The notes under the pieces were generated by a model, which had not been told where the DNA came from, did not search any database, and saw only the letters and a program-made list of their open reading frames with translations. A stretch of DNA of 64,000 bases, from NCBI GenBank assembly GCA_965198065.1, contig CBDAON010000004.1, forward strand, positions 992,001 to 1,056,000, given 5' to 3'. The translations under genes were made by a program, and so were the position numbers. The DNA comes from Longimicrobiales bacterium. Lineage in GTDB: Bacteria; Gemmatimonadota; Gemmatimonadetes; Longimicrobiales; Gaopeijiaceae. This document shows positions 45,795 through 55,004 of this stretch, in pieces; the first letter of the stretch is position 1; every line of letters starts with the position of its first letter.

Positions 45795-48700
45795 TCAAAA
45801 CGTGATCTCTAAGCGACCGGTGACGCGCTTGGCGGGGGGTAGGGACAGGAAGTCCAGGCGGAGGCTCTGGGACGGCCCGGCCGAGTTCACCTCCGGATCG
45901 AGGCCCGTGTAGTTGGTGAAGAGAGCCACGTTCTCGGCCTGGAGAGTGAAGCTCGCCCGGGTCCCTCCGATCCGGCTCGCCCATGCTTCCGGTATGTCGA
46001 AGCGCGCGGACACAGTCCGGAGCCTCGCGAAATCCGCGTCCTCGACCCAGGGGGCGTACTGGATGTCCTCCGCGGCGGCGACCTTGATCCTCGCCGCGTC
46101 CGTGCATCCACCGTCCCGGTCCCTCTCGTAGATCTCGGGGCAGATGCCGATGTACGGGGCCTGCGAGCTTCCGGTCAGATATCCGCACCGGAACTCCTCC
46201 GTGCTGTTGAACTGCTGGTGCCCGCCGGCGAAGCCGAGGTTCGCGTACAGCGACAGCCACCCGAAGAGGGTGAGAGTACTGGAAAGGGACCCCTCCCACT
46301 CGGGCGTGGGATGCCCGACGAAGACCGGCTCCTCCGTGGACTGGACGTTTCCGTTCTCGCCGATCCAATAATCCCGGCTGAAATACGCCCCGTACGGATA
46401 TCCTTCCTGGTGCCGCTGGCTGTCCCCGTTGACCCCGTAGATGATGGGCTCATCCAGCTTGGTGATCTTCCCCTTGACGGTGGAGAGGTTGAGCTGCCAG
46501 TCCCACTGGAGCCGGGGACCGCTGAGCGCCGCCGCGTAGAGGGCGAGCTCCGTCCCCGTGTTCTCGGTCTCTCCGATGTTGGTCGCGAGGGCGGCCAGGT
46601 ACCCGGTGGATGGAGCCAGCTGTCGAAAGACGATGGCGTCCACGGCCACCTTCTTGAACCAGGTGAAGTCGAGTCCGAGGCGACCGTCCAGGAGGTCGGC
46701 TTCGAAGCCGAGCTCCAGCTCACGTCCCTTCTCGGGCTTGAGCTCCGGGTTCCCCGGCTGGGTCAGGACCACTCCCGCGTCGTCTTCGTCCCGGAACGTG
46801 ACCCGGCGGGTGCCGAGCACCGCCACGGGAGCGAAGGCGGAGGGGTGCTTTCCGGACCGCCCCCAAGCACCCCGAACACGGAGGGACTCTACGAAGGACC
46901 CCGGCACGAAATCCTGGAACCAGCTCTCTTCGCTCACAACATACGAGGCCATGACCCTCGGGTAAGCCTGGAGGCCGAGGTTCTCGCCCTCCGCCGTGTT
47001 GTCGTCCACTCGAATGGCCGGGGTGACGAAGAGTCGGTCGCTGAAGGCGAGCTGCTCCTCTAGGTAGAACCCGAGCTTCCGGGACTCGCCCAGCCCCTCG
47101 AAGCCCTCCGTCGTCACCGCGCTCGACACGACCTTGGTCCCCGGCGGTAGGATACGTCCGACCGAGGCCGCGGACGTGGCCCGCTGGAGGAGGAACTGAA
47201 CCCCTACCGAGGTCGTCGAGCGGAGGCTCGGGGAGATCTCGAATGCCGCGACGACGTCACCCTGCATCGTGAGGTCGCGCACCAGGAGGCTCCCGATGTT
47301 CCGAAACCCGCGGGACAACTCGTCAAACGGGCGCTCGGGATCCACCGGGACGAACGAGCCGCTCTGGTCCGAGTATTGGTCGTAGCCGAGCGTGCCCCTC
47401 GCCGAGAGGAGGCCGAGGGGACGGTACTCGAGCGTCGCGCTCCCGGTGAAGCGCTCCACGTGCTGGCGATTCTCGAGCGTCGCCACGTCCTCGAACGTTC
47501 GCTCCGAGAAAAACGGGTTCTCCTGACACCCGAAGGTTCCAAGCGGCTGGAACGTGACCCGGGAGAACTCGTAGTCGATCGCGCACGTAGCCACGTCGCG
47601 CTCTCCGGTCACCGGATCGTCACGCCGCAGCGGCAGCTCCCACGGCGGCGCGACCAGACCTACCCCGATGTAGCCGAAGGAGTTGTTGTCGTTGTCCGGG
47701 AGGGCGAGCTCGGTGGTCCCGAACCAAGTGGACACCGCGATGTCGGTGTTCTCCGACAGCGCGAGGTTGAAGTTCGCGCGCGCGCTTCGCCGGGTCTCCT
47801 CGTTGTTGGGGAGACTCCCCTCCCGATGCTCCCAGCTCCCCGACAGGAAATACGTGGCCTGGTCCATCCCCCCGCGAACCGAGCCGCCGAGCGCCTGCTC
47901 CCGGCCCGTGCGCCAGGGGCTGAGATTGGTACCGAGCCCCTCCAGGAGGTTCATCCGATAGAGGGTGTCCGGAGCGGCGTCTGACAGGGACCTCGCGTGG
48001 AACACGTTGTCCGGCCACGCCGTGTCGTCCCAGTTCGAGCCGGTCTCGGAGAAGAAGGTCCACTGGGCCGGCGCGCCGGGCCGGCCCCGTTTCGTGGTGA
48101 TCCGGATAACGCCGGCCGCCGCCTCTGTGCCGTAGAGGGTAGCCGCCGAGGGTCCCTTCGCGATCTCGATAGACTCGATGTCGTCCAGGTTCAGGTCGTC
48201 CAACCGACTCGCGGCCTGCCCTCCAACCCCCGGCCCGGAGGCGTCGGAGTTAGAGACGCGCACACCGTCAACGTAGATGAGCGGAGTATTGTTCAGGTTG
48301 ATGGACGTGTTTCCTCGGATCTTGATTGTGGACGCCGTTCCGACGCTTCCTGCCCCCTGCAGGATCGTGACCCCAGGGGCGCGCCCCTGAAGGAGGCTCG
48401 TGACCGTCACCGGGACCACACGTTCCAACTCGCGCGCGACCTGCACGGCGGCGGTCCCGCTCCCGACCTCCCGGCGCCGCCGGAGGCCGGTGGCCGTGAC
48501 GACCAGGGCGTCCAACGCGACAGCCGAAACGGAGAGAGGGAAGTCCGCGGTTGTAACCTGGCCGGCCGCGACCTCCACGGCGCGCGTCATCGGGGAGTAG
48601 CCGAGCCGCACGACCCGTACCTCCACGACACCGGCGGGAACTCCGTCCAGCCGGAACTGGCCCTGGGCGTTCGTCTGAGCGTTCAGTGGCGTATCGGGAA

Positions 48701-48893
48701 CGAATACCTGGACCGCGGGGAGGGGCTCACTTGTGTCCACGTCCGTCACGGTCCCCGCCACGGACCCCGTCTGCTGCGCGGAAACGAACACAGGGAGGAG
48801 CGGAGCGAGCAGCAGCCCGAGCAACAGCCCCAGGCCTTGCGAGGCCGCCGGGGAACGCCTGGAGGATCTCTCGAAACCACCCTTCCGAGCCAT
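45795..48893 (-). CDS. SusC/RagA TonB-dependent receptor
   Basis: Signal peptide, carboxypeptidase-regulatory-like N domain, IKIRG, PLIYVDGVR, KGPSAATLYGTEAAAGVI, GNPELKPE, YTGLDPE, terminal Phe. Confidence 0.93.
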   Translation of the reverse strand: MARKGGFERSSRRSPAASQGLGLLLGLLLAPLLPVFVSAQQTGSVAGTVTDVDTSEPLPAVQVFVPDTPLNAQTNAQGQFRLDGVPAGVVEVRVVRLGYSPMTRAVEVAAGQVTTADFPLSVSAVALDALVVTATGLRRRREVGSGTAAVQVARELERVVPVTVTSLLQGRAPGVTILQGAGSVGTASTIKIRGNTSINLNNTPLIYVDGVRVSNSDASGPGVGGQAASRLDDLNLDDIESIEIAKGPSAATLYGTEAAAGVIRITTKRGRPGAPAQWTFFSETGSNWDDTAWPDNVFHARSLSDAAPDTLYRMNLLEGLGTNLSPWRTGREQALGGSVRGGMDQATYFLSGSWEHREGSLPNNEETRRSARANFNLALSENTDIAVSTWFGTTELALPDNDNNSFGYIGVGLVAPPWELPLRRDDPVTGERDVATCAIDYEFSRVTFQPLGTFGCQENPFFSERTFEDVATLENRQHVERFTGSATLEYRPLGLLSARGTLGYDQYSDQSGSFVPVDPERPFDELSRGFRNIGSLLVRDLTMQGDVVAAFEISPSLRSTTSVGVQFLLQRATSAASVGRILPPGTKVVSSAVTTEGFEGLGESRKLGFYLEEQLAFSDRLFVTPAIRVDDNTAEGENLGLQAYPRVMASYVVSEESWFQDFVPGSFVESLRVRGAWGRSGKHPSAFAPVAVLGTRRVTFRDEDDAGVVLTQPGNPELKPEKGRELELGFEADLLDGRLGLDFTWFKKVAVDAIVFRQLAPSTGYLAALATNIGETENTGTELALYAAALSGPRLQWDWQLNLSTVKGKITKLDEPIIYGVNGDSQRHQEGYPYGAYFSRDYWIGENGNVQSTEEPVFVGHPTPEWEGSLSSTLTLFGWLSLYANLGFAGGHQQFNSTEEFRCGYLTGSSQAPYIGICPEIYERDRDGGCTDAARIKVAAAEDIQYAPWVEDADFARLRTVSARFDIPEAWASRIGGTRASFTLQAENVALFTNYTGLDPEVNSAGPSQSLRLDFLSLPPAKRVTGRLEITF

Positions 48894-49047
48894 GGGCTTC
48901 GCTCCTGGGTCGCGTCCGGGCCGGGTCTCTACGAGTGGCCGCCAGGCGAGAGGCGCGGGACCGGGAATCCCAACGGCCGTCGCACCGCAGGCCGGTCGGC
49001 CGCCATCCGTTCCACGCGAGGTTGAATTGAGGTTGGGCTCCCACCGT

Positions 49048-49076
49048 TTGTCAAGACATCGGGCCCACCGTATAAC
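49048..49076 (+). promoter_or_regulatory. sigma70-like promoter for the PBP1A gene
   Basis: TTGTCA (49048-49053), 17 nt, TATAAC (49071-49076). Confidence 0.5.
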
Positions 49077-49192
49077 TAGTGGTAACTCGGGATCCCGATG
49101 TAAGGTTCCCCCGACGTCGCCGGCCAGCCGTCCTCACCGGAACGGACCCACTCGACCGGCCGAGGGGTACCCGTGAGCGTCATGCCGGCAGG

Positions 49193-51409
49193 ATGCCCGA
49201 GGGAGACATAAGCTTGGGGAAGTCGTCGGGAAAGTGGGCCTCGGCCGGGGCGGCGGTCGTCCGGAACCGATGGCTGTGGGCCGCGGTGGTCTTCTGCGCG
49301 GCCGTCGCCGGGGGCTTCGGCTTCGGTGCGTGGCGCAACTTGTGCGCCGATTGTCCCTCCATCGCGCAGATCCACACCTGGGAGCCGCAGGAAACGTCCA
49401 AGGTGCTGAGCCATGACGGGCGGCTCATCACGGAGCTCGGGATCGAGCGCCGCACTGCGGTCACGATCGCGTCGCTCCCCCCGCACGTGCCCCAGGCCTT
49501 CGTCGCGATCGAGGATCGACGGTTCTACAAGCACCGTGGGTTCGACCCCCGTGCCTTCGCGCGTGCCGTCGCGACGCGCCTCATTCCCACGTCGCTCGTC
49601 CGAGCGGTGACTGGAGTGTCGCTCCGCACGGGCGGCGCGAGCACGATCACGCAGCAGCTGGCCCGGAACACGTTCGTCGAGGCCATCGGCTTCGACGTCA
49701 GCCTCACCCGGAAGGCCAAGGAGATCCAGGTCGCCCTCGAGATCGAGCGGGTGTACGCGAAGGAGCAGATCCTCGAAGCCTACATGAACCAGATCAACCT
49801 GGGCCCGGGCTGGTGGGGCATCCAGACGGCTTCGCTGAACTATTTCGGGAAGGAGGCGGTCCAGCTGAACGTCGCGGAGGCCGCGACGCTGGCGGCCGTC
49901 GCGAATCGACCCGGGACCTACTCCCCGTTCCTGAACCCGGAAAACGCCCTCTCGCGTAGGAACCAGGTCCTCGACCGGATGGCGGTCGAGGGGTTCTTGA
50001 CGGAGGAAGAGGCCGAGGAATGGAAGGCGCACCCCCTTCCCACCGAGCGGGCCCTCGTGTCGGAGGGCTCCGCCCCCTACTTCGTCGAGCTGGTGCGCCA
50101 GGTTCTGCAGCCCCGGTTTGGGAACCTGCTCTATACCGGGGGCCTCATCATCTACACTACGCTCGACGTGGAGATGCAACGGGCGGCCGAAAGGGCCATG
50201 GACCAGGGGTTCGAGTCCATCGAGAGCCGTCTCGGGAATACCTACCCCCGGTATGCGGACTTCGCCGACCAGACCGAGCCGTTCGAGGAGACCAGTTCAC
50301 CGTACGTCCAGGGCGCGTTTGTAGCGGTGGATCCGCTGACTGGGGCGATTCGGGCGCTGATCGGAGGCCGCGACTTCGATCAATCCAAGTTCAACCGGGT
50401 CACGCAGGCACGGCGGCAGGCCGGTTCCTCGTTCAAGTCATTCGTGTACCTGTCCGCGCTGGCGCAGCGGATTCCGCCCTCCCGGATCATCGCGGACCGC
50501 CCGTACGAGCACCGTGAGGTGACGGGCGAGATCTGGAGCCCCGAAAACTTCTCGGGCGACTTCCAGGGCGAGATGACGCTCCGACGGGCCTACCGGGAGT
50601 CGATCAACACGGTAGCCGTCTGGCTCGGTGACGAGGTTGGGTGGGAGACGATCTCGCAGACCGCGCAGAGCTTCGGCATCAGGACACCTATCCCCCGCGT
50701 GCCGTCCATCGCGGTGGGCTCAGCCGACGTGACACCCATGCAGATGACCGAGGCCTACTCGGTCTTCGCCACGCTCGGGACGCGCGTAGAGCCGAACCCG
50801 ATCCTCCGCGTCGAGAGCGCCGAGGGCAACGTTCTCTGGGAGCCGGACCCAATCCGGAGTCAGGTCATGGACCGCCTCACGACCAGGCTGATGGTCACGC
50901 TCATGGAGGACGTCGTGAACTCCGGCACCGGCGTCGCGATCCGGAGCGTCGCCGGGCTCCCCTACGAGATCCCGGCCGCCGGGAAAACCGGCACGACGAA
51001 CGAGTCCACGAACCTTTGGTTCGTGGGGTTCACGCCCAACCTCCAGGCCACAGTCTGGTTCGGATTCGACGAGCTGAAGACGCTCTACCAGGGGGCTACC
51101 AGCGGGGAGGCCACCCGCGTGTGGGGCTACTTCATGCGCGAGGTCTACTACGGGGATATGTACGTGGACGAGTTCACGGACGGAGACACCGGGGTGAACC
51201 CATTGCTCCCCATCCCCGAGCGCTGGCCGCGCGATGGGCTCGTCACGGTCGAGGTGGACAGCGACACCGGCCTGCTCGCGTCCGAGTGGTGCCCATTGGA
51301 GCGGAGGTATCTGGAGTACTTCCTGCCGGGCACGGAGCCCACGGAGCCGTGCGACGAGGCCGCGCAGGGCCAGCCCGGACGCCGATTCCGGTTCTTCGGA
51401 GGGAGGTAA
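49193..51409 (+). CDS. class A penicillin-binding protein (PBP1A family)
   Basis: TM anchor; transglycosylase motifs EDRRFYKH, GASTITQQLARN, RKAKE; transpeptidase motifs SSFK, SIN, KTG. Confidence 0.95.
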   Translation: MPEGDISLGKSSGKWASAGAAVVRNRWLWAAVVFCAAVAGGFGFGAWRNLCADCPSIAQIHTWEPQETSKVLSHDGRLITELGIERRTAVTIASLPPHVPQAFVAIEDRRFYKHRGFDPRAFARAVATRLIPTSLVRAVTGVSLRTGGASTITQQLARNTFVEAIGFDVSLTRKAKEIQVALEIERVYAKEQILEAYMNQINLGPGWWGIQTASLNYFGKEAVQLNVAEAATLAAVANRPGTYSPFLNPENALSRRNQVLDRMAVEGFLTEEEAEEWKAHPLPTERALVSEGSAPYFVELVRQVLQPRFGNLLYTGGLIIYTTLDVEMQRAAERAMDQGFESIESRLGNTYPRYADFADQTEPFEETSSPYVQGAFVAVDPLTGAIRALIGGRDFDQSKFNRVTQARRQAGSSFKSFVYLSALAQRIPPSRIIADRPYEHREVTGEIWSPENFSGDFQGEMTLRRAYRESINTVAVWLGDEVGWETISQTAQSFGIRTPIPRVPSIAVGSADVTPMQMTEAYSVFATLGTRVEPNPILRVESAEGNVLWEPDPIRSQVMDRLTTRLMVTLMEDVVNSGTGVAIRSVAGLPYEIPAAGKTGTTNESTNLWFVGFTPNLQATVWFGFDELKTLYQGATSGEATRVWGYFMREVYYGDMYVDEFTDGDTGVNPLLPIPERWPRDGLVTVEVDSDTGLLASEWCPLERRYLEYFLPGTEPTEPCDEAAQGQPGRRFRFFGGR

Positions 51410-51414
51410 CGCCG

Positions 51415-51666
51415 TTACCTCTGGCGCTTACGGGCCCCGTCCAGCACTTCCTCGACCCGATTCCGAACGTCGCCCGCGACCTCGTCCCAGCGGTCGTTAG
51501 CGGTCTCCTTCAGGTCCCCGGCGGCTCGCTGGAGCCTCCGTCGGGTCTTCTTCCCGGACTCGGGGGCGACGAGGAGCGCGACTGCCGCTCCGATCGCCAC
51601 CCCGCAGACGAGCCCGGAGAGGAAGGGAATCATCTGCCCGGCACTTTCGTCGTGGATCTCCTGCAT
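51415..51666 (-). CDS. YtxH domain protein
   Basis: FLSGLVCGVAIGAAVALLVAPESGKKTRRRL; GGAGG SD. Confidence 0.85.
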   Translation of the reverse strand: MQEIHDESAGQMIPFLSGLVCGVAIGAAVALLVAPESGKKTRRRLQRAAGDLKETANDRWDEVAGDVRNRVEEVLDGARKRQR

Positions 51667-51910
51667 ACGTCCTCCCGGTGCAAAAGCGGTCTGCGTCTGT
51701 CCGAACCGCCTGCTTAGGGTACCACCGTGGACATGCGGAAGGTCCGGCGCCGGCCCCGGCCGGGCGCCCCCCCCTTGAGTCCGGCCCAGTGCGGCGGCGC
51801 CGCCACCCGTCTTATATTGGAAACGTCCGGCGGCCCGCGCCCCGGGGGCGGTCTCCGGTGCGGCGCGGCCGGGCCGGCGAGCACACTGAGCCCCTCGTGA
51901 AGGAGCTTTC

Positions 51911-52453
51911 TTGAGCGGACCTGGAACGACCCGGGAGATCTCTCTTCCCGCAACGGCACTGGTCCACCTCCGTCGAGCCTTCGAGAAGGAGGCCGGCTCC
52001 CTGGAAACCGTGCACGCGTGCCACGACGCCGGGTTCGCGACGGGCGCCCAGGTGTTCGAGCAGTTCGCTCCGTATCTCGGGCCCGATCCCTCCGGTTCGC
52101 CCGAGTCCGCCTTCTGGAGCGAGCTCGATCGGTTCTTCTCTTCGCGGGGATGGGGCAGCCTCACGCACGAGCGTATCCACCCGGGGCTGTCCGTTCTCCG
52201 CTCGTCGAACTGGGGCGAGAGCGACGAGTCCTCCGACGACCGTCAGCAACCCGGGTGCGCGTTTACCTCCGGGGTGCTTGCCCATGTCCTGGGGCGTGTG
52301 GCTGACGGACCGGTCGCGGTCCTAGAGGCGGCGTGTCGGAGCCGGGGAGATCCCATGTGCTCGTTCGTCTTTGGATCGGAGGGCGCGATCCACGACCTTT
52401 ACGGGTTCCTCCTGGACGGCGACACGCTCGAGACCGCGCTGAGTCGAATGTGA
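51911..52453 (+). CDS. V4R (4-vinyl reductase) domain protein
   Basis: RGWGSL, PGCAFTSG, EAACRSRGDPMCSF; AAGGAG SD. Confidence 0.8.
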   Translation: MSGPGTTREISLPATALVHLRRAFEKEAGSLETVHACHDAGFATGAQVFEQFAPYLGPDPSGSPESAFWSELDRFFSSRGWGSLTHERIHPGLSVLRSSNWGESDESSDDRQQPGCAFTSGVLAHVLGRVADGPVAVLEAACRSRGDPMCSFVFGSEGAIHDLYGFLLDGDTLETALSRM

Positions 52454-52477
52454 CTCCGTAGGCTACGAGAGCCCCCC

Positions 52478-52915
52478 ATGACCGAGAGAAAGGCGATGGG
52501 CGTCGATTTCGGAGAGCTTCGGGTCGGGCTCGCCCTCTCGGACGAGACGGGCACGCTCGCCACGCCCCTCACGACGCTTCGGAGACGCCCGGGAAAGCGG
52601 CCGCCTCTCCGCCGGATCGAGGAGCTGGTCCGGAGTGAGCGCGTCCAGGACATCGTGGTCGGGTTGCCCATCGAGCTCTCGGGAGACGAATCCAGTTGGA
52701 CGCACGAGGTTCGTGCGCTCGCGACGAAGCTGGAGGAGCGCGTCGGGGTGCCCGTCCACCTAGTGGACGAGCGCATGAGCTCGGTCCGGGCGGAGCGCGC
52801 GATTCGCTCCGCCGGGGGAACGCGGAAGAAGCGGGAGGACCGGTCCCTCGTGGACTCGGGAGCCGCCGCGGTGATTCTCCAGGACTGGCTGGATCGCAGA
52901 TGGAGGGGCGCGTGA
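52478..52915 (+). CDS. ruvX: YqgF/RuvX pre-16S rRNA nuclease family
   Basis: MGVDFGELRVGLALSD, IVVGLP, VDERMSS, VDSGAAAVILQ. Confidence 0.93.
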   Translation: MTERKAMGVDFGELRVGLALSDETGTLATPLTTLRRRPGKRPPLRRIEELVRSERVQDIVVGLPIELSGDESSWTHEVRALATKLEERVGVPVHLVDERMSSVRAERAIRSAGGTRKKREDRSLVDSGAAAVILQDWLDRRWRGA

Positions 52916-53922
52916 GGCTCGAGCGTTGGGGCATCGCTGTGACCGGCCTCGTCGTGGCCTGCTCGGCCTCCTCTTCCGACGCGACCCCGGGCGAGGTTCT
53001 CGAGGTGACGATCCCCGCCGGAGCCTCGTTCGATGTAGTGGCGGACACGCTCGTAGCCCGGGAGCTCGTCCGTTACCCCGGGCTCTTCGGTCTCTTCGCG
53101 CGAGTGCGGGGCAACGACCGAGAGATCCGGGCCGGGCAGTATCGGGTGACGCGTGGCACGCGCTGGGTGCCCCTCCTCGACCAGCTCGTCGAGGGACGCG
53201 TGATCACGCTACCGCTCACGATCCCAGAGGGCTTCACGATCGAGCAGGTCGCTGAACGGCTCGCGGCGTGGACCGGGGACGAGGCGGCCGACGTCGCGGC
53301 GCGGCTTTATGCGGAGCCGAACGCGGAGCGCTGGGGCATCCCGGGACCCGGCCTCGAAGGATACCTCTTCCCCGACACGTACCGGTTCGCGCCCGGGGTG
53401 AGCCTGGATTCTATCGTGAGGCTGATGGTGGAACGATACCGATCGCTGTGGACGGAACGCTGGCTTGCGCGGGCCGACAGCCTGGGGATGACGGAGCGGG
53501 AGCTGACGACGCTGGCTTCCATCGTCCAGGCGGAGGCCTTGCAGGTGGACGAGATGCCCACGATCTCGGGCGTGTACCACAACCGACTGCGGATCGGATA
53601 CCTGCTACAGGCCGATCCCACGGTCCAGTACGCGCTCGGAGAGAGACGCAGCCGGCTGCTCTTCACCGACATCGACTCCGTGGGCGATCATCCGTATAAC
53701 ACCTACACGCAGCCCGGCCTTCCTCCGGGGCCGATCGGCGCTCCCGGTGAGGCCGCCCTGGAGGCTGCGCTCTATCCCGCAGACGTGGACTATCTCTACT
53801 TCGTGGCCCGCCCGGACGGGAGGCACATCTTCACGAGCGACCTGGACGACCACAACCAGGCCCGAATCGAAGCCCGTCGCGAGTGGGAAGAGGCCGAGAG
53901 AAGGGCCGCCCAGGGCAGCTGA
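52912..53922 (+). CDS. mltG: endolytic transglycosylase MltG
   Basis: TIPEG, LEGYLFPDTY, LASIVQAE, LQADPT, PYNTY, GLPPGPI, YLYFVA. Confidence 0.95.
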   Translation: MRLERWGIAVTGLVVACSASSSDATPGEVLEVTIPAGASFDVVADTLVARELVRYPGLFGLFARVRGNDREIRAGQYRVTRGTRWVPLLDQLVEGRVITLPLTIPEGFTIEQVAERLAAWTGDEAADVAARLYAEPNAERWGIPGPGLEGYLFPDTYRFAPGVSLDSIVRLMVERYRSLWTERWLARADSLGMTERELTTLASIVQAEALQVDEMPTISGVYHNRLRIGYLLQADPTVQYALGERRSRLLFTDIDSVGDHPYNTYTQPGLPPGPIGAPGEAALEAALYPADVDYLYFVARPDGRHIFTSDLDDHNQARIEARREWEEAERRAAQGS

Positions 53923-53995
53923 GCCGCGGAGGCCTCTTGGGCGCCATGGGCTCGCGAGCCGCCCCCGCGGGGGGTCTCGCCGGGGATCGGCCCGT

Positions 53996-54688
53996 GTGAG
54001 CCTCGATCGACCCTCTCGGGGAACCGGAAGCCGCGCCTTGTCCCGTGAAGCGCTCGCGGATCGACTCCGACTCGTCGTCATCACGGATCCGCGCCTCGCG
54101 GGCCCCAGGGGCGTCGAGGCCGTAGTCGAGTTCGCGCTGGGCGCGGGCGTACCCATGGTCCAGCTGAGGGACAAGGAGGCGAGCGCCGGGGCGCTCCTTC
54201 CCCTGGCCCTTCGTCTACGGGCCGCTACCCGAAGGGCGAACACTCTCTTCATCGTAAACGACCGGCTGGACCTCGCCGTGGCCGCCGATGCCGACGGCGT
54301 CCACCTCGGTCCGGACGACCTTCCCGTGGCTGCGGTTCGCCGCATCGCGCCCGCTGGACTATTGATCGGATACTCGACCGACGATCCCGCGGAGGCCCGG
54401 CGCGCCGCGGAAGAGGGCGCGGATTACCTCGGGACCGGCACGGTCTTCTCGACCTCCTCGAAGCCGGACACGGGACGGGTGATCGGTCCCGAGGGTCTCG
54501 CCGAAGTCGCTGCCGCCGTGAGCGTTCCGGTCGTCGGCATCGGAGGGATCACGCCGAAGAACGCGGCGCAGCTGGCCGAAACCGGGGCCGCGGGGCTGGC
54601 GGTCATCGGGGCCGTAATGGGGGCGAGCGATCCGGGTGGGGCCGTCCGCGCGCTGATGGAGGCCTTCGGGCGGCACGGCGTCCGTTGA
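53996..54688 (+). CDS. thiE: thiamine phosphate synthase
   Basis: VQLRDK, IVNDR, DGVHLG.DD, IGYST, TSSK, GIGGI; exact start uncertain. Confidence 0.93.
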   Translation: MSLDRPSRGTGSRALSREALADRLRLVVITDPRLAGPRGVEAVVEFALGAGVPMVQLRDKEASAGALLPLALRLRAATRRANTLFIVNDRLDLAVAADADGVHLGPDDLPVAAVRRIAPAGLLIGYSTDDPAEARRAAEEGADYLGTGTVFSTSSKPDTGRVIGPEGLAEVAAAVSVPVVGIGGITPKNAAQLAETGAAGLAVIGAVMGASDPGGAVRALMEAFGRHGVR

Positions 54689-54751
54689 CCAATTCCCCTA
54701 CCCGAGCGTTGTGCAAGGTGACTTCGACAGCTGAGAGACTGAAAGGCCCTA

Positions 54752-54961
54752 ATGAGCGAAGACACCTTGATCCCACTCGGACTGTTCGCCATGGTCGTGG
54801 CGATCGCGTGGCTGCGGGCTCAGACGACGCGGTCTCGCCTGGACGCTCCTCGCGGGGGAGGCGGCGAGCCAGCTACCGGCTGGGATCTTCGCAACCCCCT
54901 GGGCCCTGGCGGCCATCGCCATCGCCGCGCGCTGCTCGCTCCTTACGTCCTCGAGGCCTGA
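54752..54961 (+). pseudogene. small membrane ORF, possibly a degraded gene
   Basis: MSEDTLIPLGLFAMVVAIAWL TM segment; a second hydrophobic stretch (LAAIAIAA) lies in another frame. Confidence 0.35.
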
Positions 54962-55004
54962 TGTCCGGGTTTGGGAGCCTCCCGGGAGGAGCTCCGGGCT
55001 TGGG

